Below, in pieces: positions 50,714 through 64,000 of a stretch of 64,000 nucleotides of DNA. The position numbers and the translations under genes were made by a program. The notes beneath the pieces are model-generated. The model had not been told where the DNA came from and made no database searches. It worked only from the letters and a program-made list of their open reading frames with translations. This stretch comes from the human T2T-CHM13v2.0 reference genome, Homo sapiens. Where the stretch lies: NCBI RefSeq assembly GCF_009914755.1, contig NC_060935.1. One strand, written 5' to 3'. Within the stretch, counting starts at the first letter, position 1; each line of letters starts with the position of its first letter.

Positions 50714-53525
50714 CTACATCCATTCATTTTTCTCCAGAGAGTTGGCCCCCTCTTCAGTTCTGGAGGCTCCCGAAATGTTCCTCAGAGCACCTGGAATTGA
50801 TATTTGCATTAACTAGTGATTGCCAAGGCCAAGCCTGCTGGGTTTCTGTTAGTTCTGCTCAGCCACAGAGGCTGGAGCTGGTCCCTGAGAATGGCCCACG
50901 GGGCCCCCTTTCTGTGCATGAAAAGGATGGAAGTCCCCACCTGGACCTGCTCCTCAAAAAGAGGAACCTGGGTTAGGGCCAATGGGAGGTAAAGGCTGAG
51001 TCTGAAAAGGCCTCAGCCTCCTCCCAACTCTCTGGAAACCCCCCCGGTTACTATGCAATTTATCCAATCCCAGAGTCTGACGCAGCAGAAAGATGAAGTC
51101 GGAGGCCAGATCAACTTTCCAATACTCCCGCTTAATGGCTGTGTAATCCTTAGACAAATAACATAACCTCTCTGAGCCTCACTCACTTCACCTATAAAGG
51201 CAAAAATATGTGTGTATTTCTGTCTCCCTTCTAAAGGCATTTGAGAAACCCTACAGACAATGGAATTCGATGGTTGTTAATGGAGGAAAAAGATATGGAG
51301 GAAAGGAGAACAAACACAAGATGAAGGCGGGCTGCAGTGAGTGTGTGGAATGAACCTCCTCTTCCTGCTGCAAGAGGTGGACCTCAGCAAATTGATCTCT
51401 GAGCTTCCTCACAGCTCAAGTAAAGAAAGTAATGCAATGAACTACAAAACCCGGAGTGTCCCTCAAGTTAAAAATAGGCCTGCTGCTCAGAAGCAGCCAG
51501 CTTTGATGGGCCCTGAAGTAAAAGAAAAGATGCTTCCCCAGACCTTCCTAAAGGGACAAGGTGGCAGGTAGAGGTGAAGGATATGTGTATAGTGGGCCCC
51601 TCCCCATGTGGGGGTAATACAATCTCCCAGGGTCTTTGTGAGTCTGAAATAAAATGAAATGCTTGACAGTGTCACCTAGAGTGGCTGGCATACAGTAGGT
51701 GCTTAATATGTGCCCATTTCCATCCTTCTTCCTACTCTGTCTGCTCCCAGGGAAGGGATATCCATTGATCTCACAGGCATGGGAGGATTCAGCTCTTCAG
51801 TCATTCAGCAAACATTTATCGAACACCTGGGTTAGGCAAAGGTGGGAATCCTCCTCAACCTAGCTGGTATCTTCCCTGCTGTCCCCAAATCCTTGGCCTC
51901 AGAAGCTCTCCCCCTCCCACTGCCACCCACCCTTCTGGGTCTCAGCCCCTGCCTCCTTCCCAGCATGGCTTTAAGCCCCAGGGAGCCCTGCTCCTGTGGC
52001 TTCTCCCTCATTCCCCGCATAGCTCCAGGCTGCTCCCTTCGACCACCACATTCATGGAGCTGGGCCACGTGCAAGAGCACAATTAATATTCCACTCAGTC
52101 TCCCCGAGCCCTGCTGCCTACCGGGAGAAGATGGAAACCAGATTTGCAGCCGCACGCGCTGGCATGGATGCACACAGAGAGGCAGCCCGCCCCTAGGTGT
52201 GAGCTGGCACATACACATGTGCAAATGTGGAAGCCCCACACTTAGATTCACACCTCCAGACATCCTCGGGGAGGGAGGAGCTGTATGCACACCTAGCTCC
52301 CAGCCAATCACTGCCCAGGGGACACTCAGACTCCTCACACACAAAGGCCGTATTTGCTTTCTGGGCAGAGGGAGACAGAATCATAGCATTTCAGAGCTGG
52401 GAGGATGGGATTTCAGAGACCAAGCTAAGACCCTCATTTTCCAGGGAAGAATCTGAGGCCCTGGCTTAACCTTGACTGTTATCAGTCCCCAGTGAAGCAC
52501 ATGGTGACTGGATGCATTTTAGCAAAGCCTTTGATTTAAATGCCTGATGCTGCCTCCCTCCTTCCTGGGGACAAGCTACTTCAGTCTCACCAGCCTTGGA
52601 GGTTGGGGAATCTGAGGCTCACGGTGGGTTGGGGGGATAAGGGCTTGGCAAGAGCAGGAGGTCGTAGGCAGAGTCAGGCCTCCAACTTTCCGTGCCCCTG
52701 CCCTTCCTCTTAGCCCCATAGTTCCAGCTCTGCCAGCCCTAGGTGGGGCAGGATTTGCAGGGGAGTGTCCCCAACAATATGAGGACTCAAGGCAGGAGGA
52801 AACAAGTGGCTTTGTTGGTTTCTCTCCTATTACTGGAGACTTCAAGAGCGAGGAGATGGAGGGTGGTGGTATGCCTGAGTGCGTGTCTTCTGGGGAGGGA
52901 GCCAGGTGGCTGCGTTCTAGAGATGTCTAGAAGCGGAGTTGGAGCAGGTGATTCAGGCTGGAGGGGAGAAGGGTGACTTGAGAACAGGAGGAGAGCAAAG
53001 CAGGAAGCGGGTGGAGCTGTTTCCCAGATGGCAGGCAGACAGAGGGCCAAGGGGCGGGCCTGCTTCCAGTCCAAAGATGGGACGGCAGAGCAGAAATTCA
53101 GGGAAAAAGAAGCAAAAATAATTACCAGGAAAAGGAGCTGGAAGGGAGGCAAGTGTTTTCTTAGTCTTTAAGGAACTTCAGTCTTCAGAGAATTTAAAGA
53201 GGAAAAAAAAATCTATCTTAAGGCCTTTCTCCAAGGCAGGGTGGTTGGTGATTCACCCGCTGCTGTGGAAGGCCCTGGAGAAAGGCCCTCCCCTCAGCTC
53301 CTGCCTCTGCCCAGTGAGCAAATTCAGTTCAACTGGGGTGAGTGGAAAGGGCTCTGGGTGCGGAGCCGGGAGGCCCTGGTTTCAGTCCTATCTGCCTCAT
53401 GAGGCTGGGTGACTTAAGGCAAGCCTCTGATGGCCCCAGGCCTTGGTTTTCTATAAAACGAGAAGAGGCAAGTCATATAAACTCTCTGAGCCTTGGTTTT
53501 CTCATCTGCAGATTAGGGATGATAA

Positions 53526-53706
53526 TAATATCATGTTGATTCTAAGGTGTCATCAATTACATGATGCACCACTATTTTATGTACTTCAGGAAGGAAAAAA
53601 CATCATCCATTAAACTATGACAGACCATCGATCATAAGACACATTCTGATTTCAGAGATGTTAAAACATTGAGGAAATGTGCATCTCAGAATCAGTGAAA
53701 GACGAT
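53526..53706 (-). mobile_element. MER104 (TcMar-Tc2 MITE) nested in MIR
   Basis: gattctaag...gatgcaccactattttatgtac...ttaaactatgaca...gatttcagagatgttaaaa...gtgcatctcagaatc; about 180 bp with inverted ends. Confidence 0.75.
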
Positions 53707-54405
53707 ACTTATCTCACAAGCTTGTTCCAAGAATTAAACAAGATGATAAAAAGTATTTAGTGCCTGGCACAAAGCAAGTACTAATAAATGTCCGGTATTT
53801 TTATGGTTCAGGGTTGGGTGGAAAGGGATCACAGGCCAAAGGGGTGGAAAGGAGAGCCCTAAACTAAGTGAGAGCTGGGGTTCTGAAACCCACCCTGCTC
53901 CTGGTAGAGTGCCACCTCAGGCTCCATGTCCAGCCCCAGTGGGGGGCACAGGGAAAGCAGCCATGCAGCCCAATTTAGGGAGCTGCTAGAGAACAGAGGG
54001 CCCCGTCTGCACCCCGGAAGTCAGTCTAATCTCCAGGATGAATATGTTTTCATTTCTCAGAAGTTCCTGTTAGAGTGTGCCAAAGCATTTTTCCCTTTAC
54101 AACCCAGGCAAACAAGACAAGTTTACTTTGGGTGACCTTATTATCACCACCCAGGGCCTGCCTGCTGAGTGTAAACACCAGCTTGCACCCTCCTGGAGGC
54201 TCTGGGCAGAAGCCTGGATAATCAAAGTACCAGGCCTCCTGAGCGGGGAGGCCCTTCACACTCCCCCGACCCCTACCCCTGCTCCCCAGGCCCTGTCCTG
54301 GAAAGGGCACATTGGAAGATCCTTGGAGAGGATGAAACCCTAGAGGGCATCAACACCTCGCCCATTTCATAGCTATGGAAACGGAGACCCAACGAAGGGC
54401 AGTGA

Positions 54406-54409
<4 letters not shown>

Positions 54410-54451
<42 letters not shown>
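54410..54451. repeat. (AC)21 microsatellite
   Basis: Direct reading. Confidence 0.96.
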
Positions 54452-54453
<2 letters not shown>

Positions 54454-57033
54454 CATTCTACTCACAGCTCAGCCTGGCAGGAGCCTCTCTCTCTGCCTGA
54501 TCCTCAGTGTCTGGAACAGGCAAGAAGCTTATCTCTGTCCTCTTTCTCCTGTGCGTCATTGACTGCGTTGGGATGCCTTTATGCATGAAGCTTTTGCTTC
54601 ACAGTTGGAACAGCTCATGGAGAGCAGCAACCAGGTGTTCCTGAGCCCGTCACAGAAGGAGCTGCCATCAGTGCCTCTCGTGACCTGCAGTATTTGGGCC
54701 TGTGGAGGTGGTGTTTGCAGAGCCAACGTTGGCCTCCATCCCCTAACTCCTTCAGATGTAAAGGAGGGGCCTTGGTGGGGGGTTGGGTTGTGGGACCAGG
54801 CCCAAGAACTGGGAGGGAGGGAGCAAACCCTCCCTGCTGGGTTAGAAGGCAGACTTAAGACCCAGGGAGACATCTCATTTCATCTCCTGGAAAATCTTTA
54901 ATAGACAAGAGAGAAGGGATGTGTGACTGACCACACCCTACAGAAGGCTTTAGGTGGGCACAGTTCTTTCCAGTCCTGGCACAGAATAGAGCCTGGGCTT
55001 CAGTGTGGCCATAAGTACGGGGTTTGTGTAGGGCATTGGGGTTTCGCCCTCATCATCTCACTCCTGCGCCACTGCCTGTTCTTCCCAGTCCGGCCTTCCT
55101 CCTCTTTCTCTTCTACTTGCTGTTCCCTCTGCCTAGAATGTTTTCCCTGCATTTTGCCCCATAAATGACCCCAGTTCTTGATTCAGTTCTCAGTTCACAT
55201 GTGGCCTCTTCAGAGAGGCCTTCCTTACCCAAAGAGTCACATCACACTATTTTATTTTTTCATAGTCCTTACCACTCTCTGAAATCATCTTCTTAACATT
55301 TTTTTACCCACCCACCTCTGTACAAACACGTTTACTCTGGGATCCAGGTTCTTAATCACTGCTGTGTCTCCAGTGCCTAGTCTCGGAACCATTCACAGTA
55401 GGTACTCAATAATGCTTGTAGAATGTGTGAATAAATCTGCGATCATCCTCATCTCTGCTGGACTTTGCCATCCTCTTCATTCCAGAAAGAAAATGATCAC
55501 ACTCCTCTGTGTGCCCGGCTCTACACTGCCTGGTCTCCCTCCTCCCCCTGCCACCCCTTTCCCCAGGATTTCTCTTGGGAGATTCTGCCTCTCAGACTCC
55601 GCAGAAGCTGCTGGAACCAGAATGGCTCCCCAGGATTATTTTCAATGGTTTCCTGGGGTGTTCACCTGGGTAAGAATAAGGAAAGAGAGGACACTCTAAT
55701 CCTACTTATCTAAAACTATATAATCTTCCCCAATCACTTAAATGGTACCTGTGTCTCTAATTACAGAGCAGGCTGGGAGGAACACAGGCACAATTTCCAG
55801 CCAACCTCAGGCGGGGGGCCACTTTTTCTCCTCCTGGGGGCCTGTAGGGACTATAGCTTAGTAGCCAGGACTCCAGACACCTGCTGCTGGAGCTCACTCA
55901 CGATAGCCTGTTCACCCAGCCAGAGACCCCTCCCCTCCCCCTGAGAAGTATCAGCCACATCCCAGTGTTTGAATGGTCCCCATTTGGCCAGATGTGACGC
56001 ATTTGGGGAAGACACCCATGGTCCCAGCACCCTAATTCTACCCGCCACTGTTGTGAAAGTGAATTGATTTCTTTTTGGCCCAGCCTTACTTCTCGGAGTT
56101 GCATGGCTGGTGAACTGGTCCCCAGAGCATGGGTTATAATCCTACTTTCTCAGGAGCAAATTCTACAGGAGGCCTGGGAGCTAACAGTCATGTGACAGCC
56201 TGGAAGGTCAGAACTTCACTCTCCAGAACTATGTCAACTAGATCATAAGGTGGGGAAAAGCCACGTGACTGCCTGCCTGCCAGGGAAGCAAACAACTGCT
56301 GTCTCAGCCTTGGTATGAACCCTTCTCCCACCTGGTGCTGAGAGCAATTTTGGTGACATCCATGGCTTAGCTGCAATGACATCTCTACCTCTTAAAGGCC
56401 TTTGGTTCCTGAGCTAATTAAACGTCCCAGACAGAAAGGACATGCTTAATCTTATTAATAACTTCTGGTCAGGAAACAGTGTGCCCAGCCCTCTGAGGGA
56501 GTGCCTTTCTGAACCACCTCCATTTGTTCAGGTGCTTGGCGATTGCTATCAGCCCTTTCAAGAGATTAAGTTTGTACGCAGGAGCAAGCCACTTAGGTAA
56601 TGGATCCCGGGGCCCTGGGAGTGTCTGGTGACTGTGGAGTGTGCAGCCAGCCAGCACCTTGGCTCATTCAGATTCCAGAACCACTGTTTTCCAACTTCCT
56701 GCTCTTCAGAACCATTGGGGGGTAGGGAGGGACTTGACTATCGAGGAGAAGAGGGGGACTCTCCTATCTCTGGCTGTTCACCCAGCCCTTTCACACAGAG
56801 GGAAGCTGGGGACTGTCCTTGCCCTGAGGAGCCTCACAGCTCAGTGGGGTCACAGATACAAACAATGTGAGCAAATAAGGACAATACCACATTAGACTGG
56901 AAACAGTGGAGGTGAGCACATGATGCCCTGTGGGTGTATACCGTTGGTAACTGCTCCAGCCTGGGGGTTCAGGGAAGGCTTCCTGGAAGAAGAAACAGGT
57001 GAGATGAGAAATGAGAGTTACAAGCTGAAAATC

Positions 57034-57345
<312 letters not shown>

Positions 57346-57902
57346 TTTTAAAAAGCTGAAAATCTCCCCCGTTGAGGGGAGATCTGTTGAGGGGACTGTG
57401 AAATGGAATTCCCTGACTGGGTTTCGTGCAGGCTTTAGTATAAGGCTGGAAGGATGGAAATAGCTCCCTCATCAATTTACGGGACAGTGGTTGGTGAAGC
57501 CTTAAAATGCCAATGTTCCAGGAACACTGTTATCGGTTCCAGGACTATTGTTGCTTTAAGCCCCCACCTTGAGCATTCAGAGAAGAGAGATTACTAAGAC
57601 GAAGTTGCAGATGTCTCTTTAAAAAAGGAGAGAGGATTCCTCGAGCCACGCCCTCTTCTCATTAATATTAAATTATTGTGAATATTGATGTGGGGGCGTG
57701 GCGCCTTGGCCAGCTGGGCTAGCCAGCCAGGGGTTCCCGGTTTCACAGAGAGGAAAGTGACAGAAGACGTGCGGAGGGAGACGCAGAGACAGAGGAGAGG
57801 CCGGCAGCCACCCAGTCTCGGGGGAGCACTTAGCTCCCCCGCCCCGGCTCCCACCCTGTCCGGGGGGCTCCTGAAGCCCTCAGCCCCAACCCCGGGCTCC
57901 CC

Positions 57903-57953
57903 ATGGAAGCCAGCTGTGCCCCAGGAGGAGCAGGAGGAGGTGGAGTCGGCTGA
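57903..57953 (+). other. uORF1 (MEASCAPGGAGGGGVG*)
   Basis: cccATGG start, TGA at 57951-57953; translation not shown. Confidence 0.6.
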
Positions 57954-57998
57954 ATGCCCACGGTGCGCCCGGGGCCCCTGAGCCCATCCCGCTCCTAG
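57954..57998 (+). other. uORF2 (MPTVRPGPLSPSRS*)
   Basis: ATG directly follows the uORF1 stop (TGAATG); TAG at 57996-57998; weak Kozak context. Confidence 0.5.
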
Positions 57999-58196
57999 CC
58001 GCTGCCCTAAGGCCCCCGCGCGCCCCGCGCCCCCCACCCGGGGCCGCGCCGCCTCCGTCCGCCCCTCCCCCGGGGCTTCGCCCCGGACCTGCCCCCCGCC
58101 CGTTTGCCAGCGCTCAGGCAGGAGCTCTGGACTGGGCGCGCCGCCGCCCTGGAGTGAGGGAAGCCCAGTGGAAGGGGGTCCCGGGAGCCGGCTGCG

Positions 58197-58298
58197 ATGG
58201 ACGCCGTCTTGGAACCCTTCCCGGCCGACAGGCTGTTCCCCGGATCCAGCTTCCTGGACTTGGGGGATCTGAACGAGTCGGACTTCCTCAACAATGCG
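58197..58298 (+). CDS. CREB3L1: CREB3L1 (OASIS, ER-membrane bZIP transcription factor) coding part of exon 1, codons 1-34; gene continues beyond window
   Basis: ATG in strong context (gcgATGG) translates to [34 protein letters not shown], recognised as the CREB3L1 N-terminus; ends at phase-0 donor GCG|GTAAGA; lies in a CpG island. Confidence 0.96.
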
Positions 58299-59736
58299 GT
58301 AAGATGAAGGGTCTCCGTTCCCGTTCCACCCCTCGGCACCCGTCCTCGCGGCGCGCCTGGGCCCCTAGAAGGACCCGACTACACATCACTGGGCAGGAGC
58401 CGGGGAGAGGGTTCAGCGCAGGGTCTCCAGGAGCGACATGTGTTTGGAGCTAAGCGCCCCTCCTGGGGGCTCAATCTTTGAATACACTGGCCTCCACCTT
58501 CTAGGGGGAAGGGGCCATCGAGGTATCGGGTCCGTCCGATCCTCGGATCTGAGCTCAAGAGACACCAATCCCGCCCTCCACCCACGTCTTCTAGCCGTCC
58601 CCAACCCACCCCAGGTTCCAGGACCAGACTGGGCGCAAAGTGGCAGCGCCCTTTCCTGCGCCTCCCTTGGGGCTTCGGTGGCTCATAGGCTGGATCTCCG
58701 CTGGGGGGCGCACCGGGGAACGTTCAGAGGGCCTGAGACCCGACCCCTCGGGGAAGCCAGGCCCAGAAATTTCAGGGTGCTACCCTGGCAGCCCCAGGGA
58801 ATCAGGCCCAGAGACCCCCCACCCCAGGGAGGGACCTGAGGCTGGGGGCTGGGAAGAGGCGGTCAGGGCAACATAGGGTGATGGCTCAGGAGGAGGGAGC
58901 CATTTCTCTCCATCTGCCTCTAGATCTCTGCTCTGTCCCTCTGTTCCTGGAGTCTGGCTGACTTTCTCCCTCTCCCTATGTCTTCTTGACTAGGTCCGAC
59001 TGTGAGCTTGTCTTTCTCCTCTTTCTCACTCTTCCCCTCCCTCCCTAAGGAAACGTGGCTTCTCTCTCTTCTTCCCTCCCTCCCTCTCTCAGGCTCAGCC
59101 CTAAGGCCTTGATGGGGGAGGGGCACGGACTTAGAATGGGAGAAAATATTTGGGTTCAGAAGGGCCTGCCCAGATGAAATGTGGATTGTTTGGGGAGTCT
59201 AGTGGGAGCCCCCTCTTCAGTGAACCACCAGTTGCGTGTGCATGCCTGTTCACACGCCACACACACACACACACCCTGTGATCAAGCACTTGAGACTCTT
59301 TACCTGCTGACCTCTACCTCCCAGGACCAAGATAAACTTGGCCAGGCAAGAGTCAAGTCCTTAGAGGACTTGAGCATCTTGGACTTCCACCTAAACTGTC
59401 CCAGGCCACTAGATTGATGGTGAGGAACCAGGCCAAGGGACAGGAGCCGGAGTCAAGGAGGCATGGGGGCTGAGGTCTCCCTGTTCTCCATTAAGCAGCA
59501 CATCCTGGTCACCCTGCGCTCTGAGGAAGGCCCCTGTCCCAGGCAGAGAGAGCATAATTCAGCAGACAAGACAAGGGTATAAGGGCAGAGGGCTTGCATT
59601 GACTGCAGCGAGACTTGGTTTCTAGTCCTGGCTCTGCTTCCCCTGTGAGCTTGGCCCCTACCACTGGCTCTCCTCCCTGAGCCTCAGTTTCTTTGTCTGT
59701 AAAATGGGGGAGAGGTTGGATCAGGTCTTCCTATAG

Positions 59737-60574
<838 letters not shown>

Positions 60575-62996
60575 AAAAGTGACTTTTCTTCTTCTGGGCT
60601 TTGACTTCCTCATCTGAAAAATGGGAATATTAGAACTATAGCATTACTGTAAGCATTTCGAGAGAAAATTAAAGTGAAGGTTATGTAGCACAATGCCTGG
60701 CATGTAACGTTCATCGTTGGCTTGATCCATAGAGACTGGATGGGCGTGATAGTGAGAATTGCTCAGCTACGAGTTGCTGTGTGAACATAGCAAGTCACTT
60801 TCCTTCTCTGGGGTCTCCATCTCCATATCCGAGGTTCTTTCCAGCTGAGATCCCATTCCAACCCTTCCCCCAACTTCTTCATTCTGCATGAGGATAGGAA
60901 AATGTTTCCAGGGTTAAGGATGGGTAGGGATGGCGTCTGTGTGCCTCTCAGTCTGGAAAATGGAGAGCAGAATATTCGCTATCCTCCTTAAAAATCCAGA
61001 TACGGGCCATAAATCATGTGGAAATCATGTGTGCTCTGTTGCTCTGTGCAAAATGCAAAATGTATGCTCACCCTGAAAACAACTATGCAAGAAATACGCA
61101 TGCACTTGGACAGACAGGAGAGTGAGTACACAAAGTCAAGACAAGTGTGTTTGGAGGTGGCTGGGCTGCCTTATTTTTCTTTCTATGAGGATACCTTCAT
61201 GTTGCTGCAATTCTGTTTATGCGATTCTCAGAGATCCTCAGAAGGGGGCTGCCCTTCCTGTCCCATGTGGGGGCATCTCCTCCCTGCCCCTCCCGCTCTC
61301 CCATGGTTTCTGATGTGGCCACCCTTGAGCCACTGTACTCTGTGGTCCTTCAGCCCCTTGGCCAGTATGAGAGAGAGGGTCTGGGCTCCAAGAACTGGGA
61401 TAAAGGACCAGAGGGAGAGCAGGTCGTTTCTCCAGATGGAAACACTAGGTCTGTGTGCTGTCCCCTCCTTCCTCTGGCTAAGGGGAAGGGATGTCTGGCT
61501 TCTCTAGAGGGAACTGGCTTGGGATCCCAGAGAAGCCCCAGCTGGGAGGGTGTGGGGAGGAGAAGGAGGAGGAAGAAAAGGTCTGTTTTCTCAGAGGGGA
61601 GCAGCAGGAAGCTGCAAGGATGTTTGCCCAGCACACCCGTTTACTCCCTGCAGCTGGGGAGGCCAGGTGTGGGAGTGACGGGGACCCAGGGACCAGCCCA
61701 GCATTGCGGGGAGGCGGTGGGGGCTAAGGCTGATCGCTACTCCCCACACGCCTAGCCTGGCTTCTCCTGAGCTAACTGGGAAGCAGAGAGGCACCCCCAC
61801 CCCCAGCCTTCGGGAGATTTAGGGAGATTAGAGAAGTATGTGTGTTTGGGTGTTCCTATGTCTGTGGGTGGGCCTTTAACAGTCCTTAAAAGGGGAGATT
61901 TGTGTGTGTTTCTGTTTAAGTTCTCACCAACAGGAAAGAGGACAGAAGTGCTAAGGCACTCTGGTCTCAGAGTGCAATCTGCTAGAAAAGATCTAATGAA
62001 AAACCTACTGGAGGAGCCCAAATCTCAGGGTGCCTATTCAGAAAGGAGACCTCTGATACCTACTCTATCAAAACATTAAGTTCGTTTTGAGCAGAGGTTT
62101 GATTTGGGTTTTGCTTCCCCCAGTGTTGAGGGAACAGTTCCTTGAGTCAGGGGCTTGGTCTGTCTTGTTCACTGCTGTATCCCAGTGCCTAACAACCGTT
62201 GATGAATGAATAAATCGATGGATGGATGAATGAATGGATGGATGGATGAAGAAAAAGGGGCCCAAACCAGACCCCACATTCTTAGAGAAGAGGGAAAAGT
62301 GTCCTTAAGCCCATCTATTTGCAGCCATCGAGGTCCTGCAGACCCTGCACTGTCTCTGGGGTCCAGGAAGGGCTCTCCATGGTTTTTAATGAGTTCTCAT
62401 TACCTTGAGCCATCCCCCTACTGCACAGGCCTCTGCAGCCCCTGGTCTAGAATAGTCTACAGCTGGCTGACCCACAGGGGATTTGAACTTGTGGCTCAGG
62501 TGTCACTCTTGAGCACTGTCTCTAGGGCTTCCGTTTTCCCCAGTTTCTTCTTCAGATTGCTCTAGGACTCCTGGATCCATACTCACCCAATTTAAGACTA
62601 AGCCTTTTCCAGCCCTGCCTCAGAGCCCTTGCACATGCTGTTCCTGTCATCTGGACTGCTTTTCCCCCAGTCTGTCCATCTCAGCCTTCTGATCCCAGCT
62701 CAAATATTGCCTCCTTAGGGAACGCTCCCTGACTACCTAAAGTGGGACCCCCCTGTTCTTTTCTGTTTTAGTCTTTTGATATCTTCTAGCCCTTAACCCA
62801 GTTTGCAATTATTTTAATGGCCTATTGTCTATTTCCTCCACGAGAAAGTAAGTTCCATAAGAGGAGAGTCCATATCAGTTTTGTGCATTGACATAAACCT
62901 AGCACAGTCACATGGGACAAAATAGATGCTCAATGTAGTAAAATTCTACAATAATGCAATAAATATGCCCAGTCAAAAATTTCCAATTATGTTCCT

Positions 62997-63296
62997 TTGC
63001 GGTGACTCATGCTTGTAATCTCAATGCTTTGGGAGACCAAGGTAGGAGGATTGCTTGAGCCCAGGAGTTCAAGACCAGTCTGGGCAACATAGGGAGACCT
63101 CGTCTCTACAAAAAATAAAAAAAAAATGAGCCGGGCATGGTGGCATATGCCTGTGGTCCCAGCCACTTAGGAGGCTGAGGAGGGAGGATCACTTGGGCTG
63201 GGGAGGTTGGGACTGCAGTGAGCCATAATGGCATCACTGCACTCCAGCCTGGGCAACAAAGCCAGACCCTGTCTCTAAAAGTAATAATAATAATAC
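62997..63296 (+). mobile_element. AluJ-like
   Basis: Alu; TSD ttccaatta. Confidence 0.9.
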
Positions 63297-63630
63297 AAAT
63301 TTAAAAATAAATTTTCCAATTACATAAAATGTGGAGTAATATTTTTGTAGAATTAACGAAAAACAGTATTTTTCAGATGGTCTGTACTATCACAAAAAGC
63401 AGGAAAGTAAAAATTGTGACACCTTACTGCACAAAGCAGACCAAACAGAAAGAGTACCACAGGAGCATGAGGCAGTCACTTTTTTTTACCAGCCCCATAG
63501 AGAATGGAGTTTTGCTCACTTTTATTTGAGAAGGGGCCTGAGCATAGAACAGAAGTCAAGTTTGGGTCACATTGTAGTGAACTTTGCTCTATTTCAAGGA
63601 CTTACTATATTTGTAGAGAAAATTACTTTA

Positions 63631-63968
<338 letters not shown>

Positions 63969-64000
63969 CAGATCTAAGTGTTCAAGAGGTGTACTTATGA

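Larger units (their letters stand above)
57750..58196 (+). other. CREB3L1: CREB3L1 exon 1 5' UTR (TSS approximate), GC-rich, two upstream ATGs
   Basis: Lies between the GC-box promoter and the start codon; exact TSS cannot be read from sequence. Confidence 0.7.
57640..58760. promoter_or_regulatory. CREB3L1: CREB3L1 promoter CpG island with Sp/KLF boxes
   Basis: High GC and CpG density; GCCACGCCC 57645-57653 and GGGGCGTGGC 57693-57702. Confidence 0.88.

Noticed and set aside
51842-52456. 204-aa and antisense 170-aa ORFs
   Set aside because: No homology or exon structure recognised; non-ATG start; consistent with chance.

Overview
Primate (almost certainly human) genomic DNA: about 57.6 kb of Alu-dense intergenic sequence followed by the promoter, first exon and start of intron 1 of CREB3L1 (OASIS; human 11p11.2 from established knowledge) on the + strand. 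The only supported protein-coding segment is the 102-nt exon-1 CDS (58197-58298, [34 protein letters not shown], then a GTAAGA donor), which the ORF track misses. Most listed ORFs are Alu read-throughs or GC-rich artefacts. The rest holds about 45 Alu copies (several nested, many with visible TSDs), old L1/L2/MIR fragments, MaLR LTRs, MER20 and MER104 MITEs, a Y3 RNA retrocopy and microsatellites. I see no novel gene system. The leads are regulatory: two gene-less CpG-island promoters (17.8-19.5 kb and 23.3-23.9 kb), a CRE/RFX/AP-1 cluster at 40.3 kb, back-to-back uORFs in the CREB3L1 leader, a dyad-symmetric core promoter, and a perfect hairpin written into an AluY. Repeat boundaries and subfamily calls were made by eye and are approximate.
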